A DNA stretch of 64,000 nt from an uncultured Actinomycetes bacterium (GCA_963706005.1 CAVPLL010000010.1:251670-315669), one strand, 5' to 3'. Counted from the stretch's first letter, positions 26,269 to 36,474 are shown. The notes: generated by a model not told the origin, from the sequence alone. Made by a program: numbers and translations.

Positions 26269-26460
26269 ATGGAGGGGACGACGTTCCCGACCGGGTCGCA
26301 GCGAGAGCTGCAGACCGTGACCGAGGGCAGTGCGACGCAGGGAAGTGGTCTTCCGGCGTTCCAGACGCGTACCTGCGCGCACTGCGGACGCCAGACGACG
26401 TTCGCGCTGCAGGACCGCGCGGGGTGGTACTCGTGTTCGGCATGCGGGCGGTACGCGTAG
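26269..26460 (+). CDS. Small zinc-ribbon protein (63 aa; could start at 26251)
   Basis: CAHCG...CSACG. GAGGGAGGG lies 7 nt before ATG 26269. An alternative ATG at 26251 overlaps the STAS stop (ATGA). Confidence 0.4.
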   Translation: MEGTTFPTGSQRELQTVTEGSATQGSGLPAFQTRTCAHCGRQTTFALQDRAGWYSCSACGRYA

Positions 26461-26470
26461 GCGCTCCGGT

Positions 26471-27604
26471 GTGACCGACGCCGTCGTCGAGGCCCCTCCT
26501 GGAGACGTCGGGCCCGTGGCGACGTCGCCGAAGAGGCGGGCGAGCAGGACCTGGCGGGTCGCTCAGGTCGCCATCGCCATCGCCGTCGTCGCGGTCAGCT
26601 TCCTGTACGCGATCCCCAAGATCGCGGACTACTCGGAGGTCTGGACCGAGATCACCGCCATGACGCCGCTCGAGCTCGGGTTCCTCCTCGCCGCGACGGC
26701 GCTCAACCTCGTCACCTATTGGTGGGCGAACATGGTGTCGATCCCGAACCTGGGACTGTGGCAGGCCGCGGTCAACAACCAGACGTCGACGACCGTGGCC
26801 AACACGATGCCCGGCGGCGGCTACGTCTCGATCGCGGTCAGCTACGAGATGTACCGCGCGTGGGGCTTCTCGAGTACCGATGTCGGCCTGTCCGTCGCCG
26901 TGACCTCTGTCCTGAACATCTTCGCCAAGCTCGCGTTGCCGGCCATCGCGCTGCTCCTGATCATCCTGTCGGGTCGGGCGACCGGGTCGCTGGTCGGTGC
27001 CTCGGTCGTGGGGATCCTGATCCTGGCCGGAGCGGTGGTGCTGTTCGGGCTCGTCATGTGGAAGAAGCGCTTCGCCCGAGCGATCGGGTCGGGGCTCGGC
27101 CGGGCCGCGACACGGACGGCACGTCTGTTCCGGCGGTCACGGACGTTCGATTGGGGCGAGGCCGCCGTCCGGTTCCGCAGGAGCACGATCGACTTCATCG
27201 TCGAGCGCTGGTTCTGGCTCTCGAGCACCACGATCGTCAGCCACCTGTCGCTGTACCTGGTCCTGCTGCTCGCGCTCCGCTCCGTGGGCGTGTCGAACGA
27301 CGAAGTCACGTGGGCGCAGGTGCTCGGGGTGTTCGCGTTCGGCCGGCTCCTCACGGCGGTCCCCATCACGCCGGGAGGACTGGGGATCGTGGAGGTGGCC
27401 TACATCGGCGGGCTGATCCTGGCCGGTCGTGGCCACACGGACGTGCCGGCCGACGTCTTCCACGCCCAGGTGGCGGCGGCGGTGTTGGTCTTCCGAGCCC
27501 TCACGTACGGGATCCAGATCCCGCTCGGCGCGCTCACGTACGTCATCTGGCGGACCAACACGAGCTGGCGGAAACCCGGTGTCGTGCCGGCCGCGGTGCC
27601 TTAG
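26471..27604 (+). CDS. Flippase-like / lysylphosphatidylglycerol-synthase TM-region family membrane protein (UPF0104)
   Basis: About 8 TM segments, with TPGGLGIVE and conserved PGGGY motifs. Confidence 0.75.
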   Translation: MTDAVVEAPPGDVGPVATSPKRRASRTWRVAQVAIAIAVVAVSFLYAIPKIADYSEVWTEITAMTPLELGFLLAATALNLVTYWWANMVSIPNLGLWQAAVNNQTSTTVANTMPGGGYVSIAVSYEMYRAWGFSSTDVGLSVAVTSVLNIFAKLALPAIALLLIILSGRATGSLVGASVVGILILAGAVVLFGLVMWKKRFARAIGSGLGRAATRTARLFRRSRTFDWGEAAVRFRRSTIDFIVERWFWLSSTTIVSHLSLYLVLLLALRSVGVSNDEVTWAQVLGVFAFGRLLTAVPITPGGLGIVEVAYIGGLILAGRGHTDVPADVFHAQVAAAVLVFRALTYGIQIPLGALTYVIWRTNTSWRKPGVVPAAVP

Positions 27605-28215
27605 CCCGCGACCGGTCGCGGACCGGAGGCGCCGGGGTCGAGCCACGCGAGCTCGAACAGGCCTTCGTAGCGCACGACGATGTCGCCGGCCACCCAGAGG
27701 TCGGACGTCCAGCCGGAGTCGAGAGCGGTGAAGCGCCACCGGGTCGCGTCGAACGCGCCCACCGGCGTGGCGACCCGCTCGTCACCGATGAGCTCGTAGC
27801 GCTGTCGGACGCGGCTCGGCGCGAGCGTGACCGGCTCGAGGTAGACGACGTCGATCTCGGCGGTGTCGGTGAGGCGGCGGGTGGTGATCGCGTTCGTGGC
27901 GGGGGTGAAGTAGTCGAGGTGGACGTCGGGGCCGTAGGCGATCTCGATCGGTCGCCGGTCCCGGTAGCCGGTGAGCGTGTCGCCGGCAGGGTTCGGTTCG
28001 AGCAGGAGGTCGTGCTCTCCGGTGTCGATCCGGACGCGTGCGATGCGCCAGTCGGCGTTCACCGCGAAGTCGAGCGTCTCGTCGTGCGGTGACGGATCCG
28101 AGGTCCGGACCTGGCTGAAGGAGCGCCACCCCATCGGGCCGGGGGCGCAACGGAACTCCTCGGTCCCGACGGCGTTGCCGTCGTAGCCGAGCAGCGTGTA
28201 CCGACCGAACGGCAT
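27601..28215 (-). CDS. Hypothetical protein, possibly glycolipid-binding (DUF1089-like) family
   Basis: 204-aa all-beta-looking sequence (DFAVNADWRIARVRID...). The family call is weak. Its 3' end overlaps the convergent gene by 4 nt. Confidence 0.4.
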   Translation of the reverse strand: MPFGRYTLLGYDGNAVGTEEFRCAPGPMGWRSFSQVRTSDPSPHDETLDFAVNADWRIARVRIDTGEHDLLLEPNPAGDTLTGYRDRRPIEIAYGPDVHLDYFTPATNAITTRRLTDTAEIDVVYLEPVTLAPSRVRQRYELIGDERVATPVGAFDATRWRFTALDSGWTSDLWVAGDIVVRYEGLFELAWLDPGASGPRPVAG

Positions 28216-28221
28216 CGGCTC

Positions 28222-28227
28222 AGCGTA
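28222..28227 (-). promoter_or_regulatory. Putative -10 box TACGCT, 6 nt upstream of ATG 28215 (leaderless-type)
   Basis: TAnnnT-N6-ATG geometry. Confidence 0.35.
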
Positions 28228-28303
28228 TCGGTCGCCGGACGCCCGAGGATCGCGACGAGCGAAGGCGAGGGCGCATCTCGCGCCCTCGCCTTCGTCGCGT
28301 TCC

Positions 28304-29951
28304 TTATCCCGCGCTCTCACATGGGTTGTTGGTCAACACCTGCCGGAAGTCGTTCGTCCGGTGGATCGGGACGTTCCCCGGTCCCGGGTAGTCGAGGAAC
28401 AGCAACGGCCCGAACTCGGCCGCCGAGTTCCCGCCGAAGGTGTTCGTGGTGCCCGGGATGCTCGCACCCCCGAGCTGCCACAGGCACCCGTGCGTGGCAT
28501 CCGCCCTGGTGGAGAAGAACGGGTAGAAGTTGGAGCCAGGCGGCGGGTTGACGCAGTTGGCGCCGGTGCTCCGATCGCAGATGCCGCCGAAGTCGGCGGC
28601 CTCGATCCTCGGCAGATCGGCCTCGAACCCGACCCGTTGGAAGTTCTGTCCTCCGCCGAAGGTCGGACTCGTGAACAGGATCGAGGACGGGTTGACGGCC
28701 GCATCCAACGCTGGCGGTGACAGCGTCCCCGGCCAGGTCTTCTGGTACGAGACCCCGTCGAAGTCGTTGTCGGTCGCGATGCACCCGCCGACCTGGATCA
28801 GGAGGGACTCGTCGGCGTTGAAGCAGGCCGAATCGTCCGCGTCCTTCTTGTTGTTGTCGCCGAGGGTGGGGTTGACGCACTTGCCGTGCACGTTCGCGTG
28901 GTCGCAGTACTCGAAGTGACCGATCTCGTCGGAGAAGGCCACGTTGTACGAGTGCGCGGCCCACGGCACCCTCGTGTGTTCGCTCGAGGTCGAGTACATC
29001 GGATGGAACGCGTACGGCGTCTGCGTGCAGGTCGTCGCGGCCGGGTCGTAGTTGACCTGCGCGAAGCCGTTGGCGACGCTGGCGGTCATGGAACCCGACT
29101 CTCCCGTCGTGAGGTCGTGGATCTCGGTCACGAGGCCGGCCCCAGAGTCGTGGATCGAGACGTCGAGCTGGTCCCCCGCGTTCATGAAGAGGTCGGTCGT
29201 CGGGTTGGGCATGAACGAGGCGCCCGTCAGATCGAGCGGTGCGGGCGGGGAGTCCGGCGTGCCGCTCTTGGTGATGAACGCGAAGTTCGCCGGCTCCACC
29301 CCCACCGAGTTCAGGCAGGCGGCGTTGTTGTCCACCCCGGTGTTCTGGTTCCGGTTGAAGCTGAAGATCGCCAGGGCCGCGCACCACTGGGTGTCGTCGC
29401 AGCTGATCGCCTCCTGGAACGGGACCCATCCGGGTGGATAGAACTGCAGTTCCAGGAAGGCCGTGCCCGGATGGCGGCCGATGTAGTGTGGATCTGCCGG
29501 GTTACCGTTGTCGAAGATGTTCGCGTCGGCTGTTCGGCACGCAGTCGGCATGCGTGAACTCGGGCGCGGACTGGTTGTCGCACAGGTCCATCCCGAACCA
29601 GAACGCGATCCGGTCCTGGAAGTTGAACGTGCCACCCTTCGCGTCCTGCGTCGGCACGATCGGCGGTTCTGTCGGGATGGCCACATGGTAGTTCGACTCG
29701 TTGCCCGAGCCCGGGGTGTTGGAGTAGAAGAGCAGCGAGGGTTCGTCGTGACCGGTGTACCCGCCGTTGTAGCCGAGGGCGTCGTTCGCCTCGGCGCAGA
29801 GCGGGCTCCCCTCACCACAGACGAGCCTCGAGCCGTAGTTCTCGGCCCGGCCGGCGCGCGGCCTGACGCGGACCGACATCCTCGCCGACGCCACGGTCCC
29901 CATCGAGACGATGAGCACGGCAGCGGCGACGATCGAAAGCGATCTCCGCAT
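28304..29951 (-). pseudogene. Secreted Cys-rich protein of unknown function, one frameshift near 29528-29533
   Basis: Signal peptide MRRSLSIVAAAVLIVSMGTVASA (GAGGAGGG SD). ...EFTHADCVPNS in ORF 29502..30005 continues as ADANIFDNGNPADPHYIG... in ORF 28304..29818. Confidence 0.65.
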
Positions 29952-30219
29952 CCGACCCTCCTCGTGAAGGATCTGTCGGCGCGCCGGCCCCCGGGCGCGG
30001 CCCATCGACCGCGTCCGTCGTTATCGCAACCCGTCGCCGACCCCTGAGCGGAGTGTCCCTTTTCACCTCCTTCCCGCTGCCCTCGGCTGCGGTCGCAGGC
30101 GACCGCAGATCGTTCCTCCCTGGATCCGCGGACAGGGGACCAGCATCACCCCAGCCCGTCCATCCCGCAACCCCAAGGTAACGCCGCACGCCTGCGTCGG
30201 AGAGCGCGACCGTTGGGCG

Positions 30220-30225
30220 TATGGT
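30220..30225 (+). promoter_or_regulatory. Putative -10 box TATGGT, 9 nt upstream of GTG 30235 (leaderless-type)
   Basis: TAnnnT-N9-GTG geometry. Confidence 0.35.
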
Positions 30226-30234
30226 GGTGCGGCA

Positions 30235-30909
30235 GTGGGGGGGACGGCCGCGAGCGAGCACGGGGAGAGCGTCGAGAGCTCGCACGGTACCGCGCGTACC
30301 CGCGTGCTGGTGGCGTTCGGGGCTGGGGTGGTCGCGTTCGCCGTCGCGATCGTCTTCGCGCCGTGGCAGTCCGCGTCGCTCATCGGCTGGAACGTGGCGG
30401 CGACCGTGTTCATCGCGGTGGTCTGGTTCCGGGTTGGGCGCATGGACGGAGAGGCGACGGCCCAGCACGCGGCGCTCGAGGACGTGTCCCGGCGCACCGC
30501 CGAGCTCATCCTGATCCTCGCCAGCGTGGCGAGCCTGGTCGGGGTGGGCCTCTCGCTCCTCGAGGCCTCCGACAAGTCGGGCCTGGCCAAGGCGGGCATC
30601 GTCGCGGTCGCGTCGGCGAGCGTGATCCTTTCGTGGGCGACGGTCCACACCGTGTTCACGTTGCGGTACGCGAGGCTCTTCTACGCGGACGGCGGGGGGA
30701 TCGACTTCAACGAGGATCGAGCGCCCACCTACGGTGACTTCGCGTATCTCGCCTTCACGATCGGGATGACGTACCAGGTCTCCGACACGGCGATCGCGTC
30801 CAAGCAGATCCGTTCGACGGCACTGCGCCACGCGTACATGTCGTACCTGTTCGGGACGGTCGTCGTCGCCATGACGATCAACGTCGTCGCTGGCCTGTTC
30901 AACCGGTAG
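30235..30909 (+). CDS. DUF1345-family membrane protein
   Basis: TVHTVFTLRYARLFY...DFNEDRAPTYGDFAYLAFTIGMTYQVSD is the characteristic DUF1345 core. Confidence 0.7.
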   Translation: MGGTAASEHGESVESSHGTARTRVLVAFGAGVVAFAVAIVFAPWQSASLIGWNVAATVFIAVVWFRVGRMDGEATAQHAALEDVSRRTAELILILASVASLVGVGLSLLEASDKSGLAKAGIVAVASASVILSWATVHTVFTLRYARLFYADGGGIDFNEDRAPTYGDFAYLAFTIGMTYQVSDTAIASKQIRSTALRHAYMSYLFGTVVVAMTINVVAGLFNR

Positions 30910-31009
30910 CGCTTCGGCATGCACGGGGCCACGGGCATCGCTCCCGCGCCGCGGCGGGCGATCTCGACTTGGGTATCGGGGGTCGGACGAGAGATCCGCC
31001 CCGACGTCG

Positions 31010-31378
31010 CTACATCGGGCTGACGAGCTGGAAGTAGTTGTCGTCCGGGTCGGCGAACGTCGCGACCGACATCTCCGGCGCGTCGGGCGAGTCGCCCACG
31101 TCCGGGGCGTAGGGCTCCTGGACCACGGTGGCGCCAGCGGCCTTCAGTCGCTCGAAGTCGCCCTTCACGTCGGAGCTCTCGATGTTCCAGATCACGCGGC
31201 CCGGCTGCGTGTTCTTACCCTTGACCTCGCTGTGCTCGCCGACGGTGAACCCACCGTTCCCGAGCTGCCACCATGTGTACCCGCCCTCGCTCCCCGCCGG
31301 CTCGCCGAAGAGCTTCGTGTAGTAATCCACGAGCCGTTTCGGGTCCTCGGTCCCGATCAGGACGCTGTTCAGGTTCAT
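31010..31378 (-). CDS. VOC/glyoxalase-family protein
   Basis: MNLNSVLIGTEDPKRLVDYYTKLFG...ATFADPDDNYFQL. GAGGAGGAGGAGGG SD. Confidence 0.75.
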   Translation of the reverse strand: MNLNSVLIGTEDPKRLVDYYTKLFGEPAGSEGGYTWWQLGNGGFTVGEHSEVKGKNTQPGRVIWNIESSDVKGDFERLKAAGATVVQEPYAPDVGDSPDAPEMSVATFADPDDNYFQLVSPM

Positions 31379-31581
31379 GCCCTCCTCCTCCTCTCGTCGG
31401 GCGTCCACCTCCGTGGGCAGGCTACCCCGTCCGTGGGCCTCGGGAACCAGACGAGATGAGCCCACCGTGGTCCTCGACGATCCGATCAGCGTGGTGACGA
31501 GCTACCACGTCGAGGGATGCGCGCTGCTCGACACCCTTCCGTGGGTCTTCCCGTAGTCACCGCCGAGCGGCGGCCGGCGGC

Positions 31582-32529
31582 TCAGCCCGACCGCGGACGA
31601 CCGGCTCGACCGAGCGTCCGTTCGAGCAGGACCCCCGCGTCGACCAGGTCTTCCCCGAGGTAGACCCCGCCCACGCCCTTGCGCGCCGCGGGTGTGACGA
31701 ACGCGTCGCCCGCGTAGAACGCGCGGACCCCCGAGAGCGCGTCGACCGCCTCGATCGCCTCGATCGCCGCCCGACGGGTCACGCGACGCTGCGACGTCAC
31801 CACCGCCGCCAGCGCTCGTGAGTTCGTCACCGCCGAGACCAGCGCCGTGGCCGGGGTCATCGCGCCGAGCACCCGGCAGGACCAGCCGCGCCGAGCAAGG
31901 ACCGCCGCGAACGCCTCGAGGCCGATCGTGTGGAGGTCGCTCGGACCGCACGCCAGCACGATCGGCCCGCGTCGGAACGGCGGCGGGGCCATCGAGACCT
32001 GGCGCGCGAGCCACGTCCGGACGGCCTCGGTGGCCAGGTGCTCCTGCCCGATGTCGCAGGCCCCGGTCTTCCAGCGGGAACCGATCTCGCGCATCGCGGG
32101 CAGGGCGACGCGCCGGATCGCGTCCTCGACCCCGAACCGATCGGCCGAGCGGTCGAGCGCCTCCCGCAGGGCGAGCGCATCGAGGTCGATCGCCGCCCGA
32201 ACGACCGCGTCGGTCAGGTCCGGGTCCGTGGTGCCGCTCGTCTCGACGCCGCGGAGCTTGCCGACCGCGTCGCTCGCGGTGAGCCCCCTCGTCACGAGGT
32301 CGCGCAGCGCACGGAGGTGTTCCAGGTCGCTCGCGCCGTAGCGGCGATGCTGGCCCTTGGTCCTCGGCGGTGCCGGGAACCCGTACCGGCGCTCCCAGGA
32401 GCGGATCGTCGGCACCGGGATGCCGAGGAGCTCGGAGACGGCCGAGATGGATATGCCTCGTGCCGGGATCGGGGCGTCCTCGTCGATCTGCATGCGGATA
32501 GGGTAGCGGGCGCTGGGGTCATCGCGCAT
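31582..32529 (-). CDS. MerR-family regulator with C-terminal cobalamin-binding domain (CarH/LitR-like)
   Basis: MerR HTH ISISAVSELLGIPVPTIRSWERRYG. B12-binding DxHxxG as PSDLHTIGLE. Confidence 0.8.
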   Translation of the reverse strand: MRDDPSARYPIRMQIDEDAPIPARGISISAVSELLGIPVPTIRSWERRYGFPAPPRTKGQHRRYGASDLEHLRALRDLVTRGLTASDAVGKLRGVETSGTTDPDLTDAVVRAAIDLDALALREALDRSADRFGVEDAIRRVALPAMREIGSRWKTGACDIGQEHLATEAVRTWLARQVSMAPPPFRRGPIVLACGPSDLHTIGLEAFAAVLARRGWSCRVLGAMTPATALVSAVTNSRALAAVVTSQRRVTRRAAIEAIEAVDALSGVRAFYAGDAFVTPAARKGVGGVYLGEDLVDAGVLLERTLGRAGRPRSG

Positions 32530-32676
32530 GGATTCCCACGCAGGACTCTATGCATTCTCACCGGGGACGGCCGATATCGCATGGATTCCGAAACGCTGCC
32601 CGAGAGCCACCCGGGATCCGGATGCGAGGAGGGATGGCCTGGGTCGATCTCCGGACCGTGTCCAAGGGCCGCGGCG

Positions 32677-33336
32677 CTACCACTCGACACCGGCGGCCCC
32701 AGCAAGGAACCGCATCAGCGGCGCGATCCCTTGGCAGCTCCGGACGAACGTCTTCATCAGGTTCGGTCCGGTCACCTGCTTGTCGGTGATTCGGACCGAC
32801 GACGTGAAGCTCTTGCGCTTGATGTCCTCGATCATCGGGTGGTCCGGGTCGAACCCCCGGGGCGGCCGCTTCAGCGTCTCCTCCGAAGGATCGAGGTTGC
32901 CTCGGGCCTTCGACCACTCGGACGGCCCGTCGGCGATCCGCTGCCGGATCGCCTGCAGGACCTCCGGCTCCGGCATCCACATCCCGCCGGCGACGAAGCA
33001 CCCGCCGGGTTCGATGTGCAGGTAGTACCCGGGGCCGTGCACGCCCTTGCCGCCGAGCGGGAAGTGCGCGCCCGCGTGGGTCTTGTACGGGCTCTGGTCC
33101 TTGGAGAAGCGTACGTCCCGGTGGATGCGGAACAGCGACCCTCCGGACGGCCGGGGATCGGCCACGAGGTTGCGGCTGATCGTCCGCAGCTCTGGGCCCG
33201 CGTCGGCGATGAACTCGAGGAACGGCTCCTTGAGGGACTCCTCGTAGCGCTCCTTGTGCTCGTGGAACCACGCGCGGTCGTTGTGACGCTTCAGGTCGCG
33301 CAGGAACCGGTATGTCTCGTCGTCGAAATACCTCAC
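32677..33336 (-). CDS. DUF2461 (TIGR02453) family protein
   Basis: FLRDLKRHNDRAWFHEHKERYE...RIHRDVRFSKDQSPYK. GTG start with GGAGG SD. Confidence 0.8.
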   Translation of the reverse strand: MRYFDDETYRFLRDLKRHNDRAWFHEHKERYEESLKEPFLEFIADAGPELRTISRNLVADPRPSGGSLFRIHRDVRFSKDQSPYKTHAGAHFPLGGKGVHGPGYYLHIEPGGCFVAGGMWMPEPEVLQAIRQRIADGPSEWSKARGNLDPSEETLKRPPRGFDPDHPMIEDIKRKSFTSSVRITDKQVTGPNLMKTFVRSCQGIAPLMRFLAGAAGVEW

Positions 33337-33436
33337 CGAGCCTCCTTCCCTCCTCGGGCCGTCGTCGCCCGACCGAGGAACAGACTGCAACGTATCGAGT
33401 GTCGCCCTCGGTCGCGCAACCGTGGCACCCGTCCCG

Positions 33437-33466
33437 TTGACTTCGAGCGCGGCACGGGCCTAAGGT
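33437..33466 (+). promoter_or_regulatory. Candidate sigma-70-type promoter TTGACT-N18-TAAGGT
   Basis: Read in the intergenic region about 120 nt upstream of ATG 33590. Confidence 0.3.
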
Positions 33467-33589
33467 CGATGTTCGGACGTCCCCATGGCCGGGGTTTCGG
33501 ATGCGAAGGCAAGAGCTCAGCGTAGCTCGCGCACCCCGTCGCACCCGCACGCCCACTGAGCGTTCGCGCCTCGCATCGGGGGGACGGGC

Positions 33590-34636
33590 ATGGTGATCTC
33601 CCACCGCCTCGAGCGCATCGCCCCCAGCGTCGAATGTCCACGCTGCGGCTCGGCGCTGGTCGTGCCCGCGATGCCGGGCGGCCCATCGGAGTACGTGCTC
33701 CAGCTCCGGAGCGGCACAGCGACGGGGGGCGGGAGCGGCGCGTTCGACGAGTGGCTCTGCCGGTCATGTGGCCTACGGTGGCCGCACGACCGATCGCCGG
33801 CCGAGGCCGCGCTCGCGAACGCCGATCCGGGATCCGCGGCGACGGTTCCCGGCGAGCTGATCGAGCTCGTCGAGGTCCCGGAGGTCCCGGGCTCGAACGG
33901 CGTGACGTCCGGTCGCGTCGCCGCCGAGCTCAGATCGGCCAGGGAGGCTCGGGGGCTCACGGTGACCGACGTCGCGAAGGGCACGCGGATCTGGGACCGG
34001 TACCTGGAGGCGCTCGAGGCCAACGCGCCGCTCGAGGAGTTCCCCGCCCCGGTGTACGCGCGGTCCTTCCTGCGCTCCTACGCGGAGTTCCTCGGGCTCG
34101 AGCCCGACGGACTCGTCCGCAGGTTCGACGAGGACCATCCCACGCAGGACGACCCGATCCTCAAGCCGCTCCCCGATCCCCGTCCGCGACGCCGGGCCGT
34201 CGCCGGCGCCTTCGTGTTCGTCTCGATCCTCGCGCTGATCGCGATGGCGGTGGTGCGGCTCGAGGGCGCGCGCGACCCGGGACCGGGCGCGCCGACGCCG
34301 GTCGCCTCGGCGCCGGACGGGTCGCTCGCTGGAACGACGGAGACGCGACCGCCGCCACCCCCGCGGTTCGACGGCATCCGCGCGGTCCTGCGGCTCCGGG
34401 ACCGGTGCTGGGTGGTCGCCGTCGCCGACGGGACGACGCTCCAGCCGGGCAGGACGCTGGAGCCCGGCGACCGGGTCGTCTTCCGCGCCGACCGCGTCCT
34501 GGAGCTCACGCTGGGGAACGCCGGTGCGGTCGACCTGGAGGTGAACGGCCGGCGCGTCCGGACCGGGAGCCCGGGAGACGTCGTCACGCTCCGGCTCCGC
34601 TCGAGGGACGGCGAGGTCGTCACGACCTCCCTCTAG
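33590..34636 (+). CDS. RodZ-like protein (N-terminal zinc ribbon, HTH, TM, C-terminal DUF4115-like)
   Basis: CPRCG...CRSCG. HTH region ELRSAREARGLTVTDVAKGTRIWDRYLEALE...YARSFLRSYAEFLGL. One TM segment. C-terminal beta domain. Confidence 0.7.
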   Translation: MVISHRLERIAPSVECPRCGSALVVPAMPGGPSEYVLQLRSGTATGGGSGAFDEWLCRSCGLRWPHDRSPAEAALANADPGSAATVPGELIELVEVPEVPGSNGVTSGRVAAELRSAREARGLTVTDVAKGTRIWDRYLEALEANAPLEEFPAPVYARSFLRSYAEFLGLEPDGLVRRFDEDHPTQDDPILKPLPDPRPRRRAVAGAFVFVSILALIAMAVVRLEGARDPGPGAPTPVASAPDGSLAGTTETRPPPPPRFDGIRAVLRLRDRCWVVAVADGTTLQPGRTLEPGDRVVFRADRVLELTLGNAGAVDLEVNGRRVRTGSPGDVVTLRLRSRDGEVVTTSL

Positions 34637-34696
34637 CCGACCGGGACGCCGTCTACCCTGTCCCTCCTGAACGCCCGGATCGGTGAGCGGAGCGAC

Positions 34697-35593
34697 GTGT
34701 CGGCGAACGCACGGACCTATGGCGGCCAGACGCTCGTCGCGCCGCTGCGGCGCGTGCTCGTCCGCCCGCCGAGTCCGGCCGACCTCGGTCGATGGCGCGA
34801 GTTCGGGTGGGTGGCCGAGCCCGACGCCGCGCTCGCGGGCGCCCAACACGAGGCGTTCTGCGAGATCCTCCGGGACGCGGGCGCCGAAGTCCTGCTCGCG
34901 AGCGGCGATGCCGCCGGCGACCCGGACGCCGTGTACATCTGCGACCCCGCGATCATGTCCGATCAGGGCGCGGTCGTGCTGCGCCCGGGCAAGCAGGGCC
35001 GCCGCATCGAGGCCCGCGCGATCGCGGGGGACTTCCGGGCGCTCGGCGTGCCGGTCGCGTTCGAGATGGCGGAGCCGGCGACGGCCGAGGGCGGCGACAC
35101 GATGTGGCTCGACGAACGCACGCTGCTCGTCGGCCGCAGCTACCGGACGAACGACGCCGGCATCCGGGCGCTGCGCGAGGCCCTGCCCGACGTCGAGGTG
35201 CTCGCGTTCGACCTTCCGCGGCTGAAGGGACCCGACGCCTGTCTGCACCTGCTCTCCCTGCTCTCGCCGCTCGACGACGACCTGGTGGTCGCGTACGTAC
35301 CACTGCTGCCGATCCGGCTGCTCGAGCTGCTCGCCGAGCGAGACATCGCCATCGTCGACGTGCCCGAGGACGAGTTCGGGTCGATGGGCCCGAACGTGCT
35401 CGCGCTCGCGCCACGCGTGGCGGTCGCCGTCGACGGCAACCCCCGGACGAGGCGCCGCATGGAGCGAGCGGGCGTCGACGTCACGGTCTACGAGGGCTCG
35501 GACATCTCGCACAAGGGCGAGGGCGGACCCACGTGTCTCACGCGGTCGGTGCTCCGGTCCGGAACGACGACCCCTGAGCGAGGGTTAGGGTGA
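34697..35593 (+). CDS. Amidinotransferase-fold enzyme (DDAH / arginine-deiminase-like)
   Basis: AEGGDTMWL and C-terminal catalytic GGPTCLTR. Confidence 0.75.
   Translation: MSANARTYGGQTLVAPLRRVLVRPPSPADLGRWREFGWVAEPDAALAGAQHEAFCEILRDAGAEVLLASGDAAGDPDAVYICDPAIMSDQGAVVLRPGKQGRRIEARAIAGDFRALGVPVAFEMAEPATAEGGDTMWLDERTLLVGRSYRTNDAGIRALREALPDVEVLAFDLPRLKGPDACLHLLSLLSPLDDDLVVAYVPLLPIRLLELLAERDIAIVDVPEDEFGSMGPNVLALAPRVAVAVDGNPRTRRRMERAGVDVTVYEGSDISHKGEGGPTCLTRSVLRSGTTTPERGLG
35586..35591 (+). promoter_or_regulatory. Putative -10 box TAGGGT, 6 nt upstream of ATG 35598 (leaderless-type, inside the 3' end of the previous gene)
   Basis: TAnnnT-N6-ATG geometry. Confidence 0.3.
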
Positions 35594-35597
35594 GCGA

Positions 35598-36395
35598 ATG
35601 GACGACCATGGATCGCAGCGGCCCACGGCGCTCGTCACGGGCGCGTCGTCGGGCATCGGCGCGGCGTACGCGGAGCGGCTCGCCTCCACCGGCCACGACC
35701 TCGTCCTGGTAGCGCGACGGGCCGAGCGTTTGCACGCGCTCGCCGAGCGGTTGGGGGCGGAGCACGGGGTCGCGACGCGCGTGATCGTCGCCGACCTCGC
35801 CGAAGCCGACGGGGTTCGTTCCGTCGAGGAGGCGATCTCGGGGGAGCCGAGGCTCGCGCTGCTGGTGAACAACGCGGGCTTCAGCGGCTACATGCCGTTC
35901 GACGAGCTGCCCGCCGCCGAGATCGACCGCCTGGTCGAGATCCACGGCATCGCCACGGCGCGCCTGACGCTCGCCGCGCTGCCGGGGATGACGGCGGTCG
36001 GACGGGGCGCGGTCGTCAACATGGCGTCGTTGTTGGCCTTCTCCCAATCGCTCCCGCCGGAGCCGTTGCCGTACCGGGTCGTCTACGCGGCGTGCAAGGC
36101 CTTCGTCGTGGCGTTCACCGTGCTGCTCCGGCACGAGCTCGAGGGCACGGGCGTGCGCGCGATGGTCTGTTGCCCCGGCGTGGTCGAGTCCGAGTTCCAC
36201 GGGCCGCACTGGAAGGGTCCGCCGCGGATGAGCGCCGACGAGGTCGTCACGGCCTGCATCCGCGGGCTCGAGGCCGATGAGGCGATCTGCGTGCCGGGAC
36301 TCGACGACCCACGGCTGATCGAAGACCTCCACACGGCCCAGCGAGCGCTCTTCGGGTACGCGCGAACCGTCGACCTCGCCGACCGCTACCGCTGA
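35598..36395 (+). CDS. SDR-family oxidoreductase
   Basis: TGASSGIG, NNAG and YAACK motifs. Confidence 0.9.
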   Translation: MDDHGSQRPTALVTGASSGIGAAYAERLASTGHDLVLVARRAERLHALAERLGAEHGVATRVIVADLAEADGVRSVEEAISGEPRLALLVNNAGFSGYMPFDELPAAEIDRLVEIHGIATARLTLAALPGMTAVGRGAVVNMASLLAFSQSLPPEPLPYRVVYAACKAFVVAFTVLLRHELEGTGVRAMVCCPGVVESEFHGPHWKGPPRMSADEVVTACIRGLEADEAICVPGLDDPRLIEDLHTAQRALFGYARTVDLADRYR

Positions 36396-36474
36396 AGCGC
36401 CAACGCAGACTCCCGCCGTGGAAGTCCGCAAGACGGTCTCGTAGGACGCGTCGTCGGCGGGTCGCGTCGAACGC

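Noticed and set aside
33773-35512. 579-aa minus-strand ORF opposite the RodZ-like and DDAH-like genes
   Set aside because: Same reasoning: it is antisense to two motif-supported genes, has no recognisable domain and is Arg-rich.
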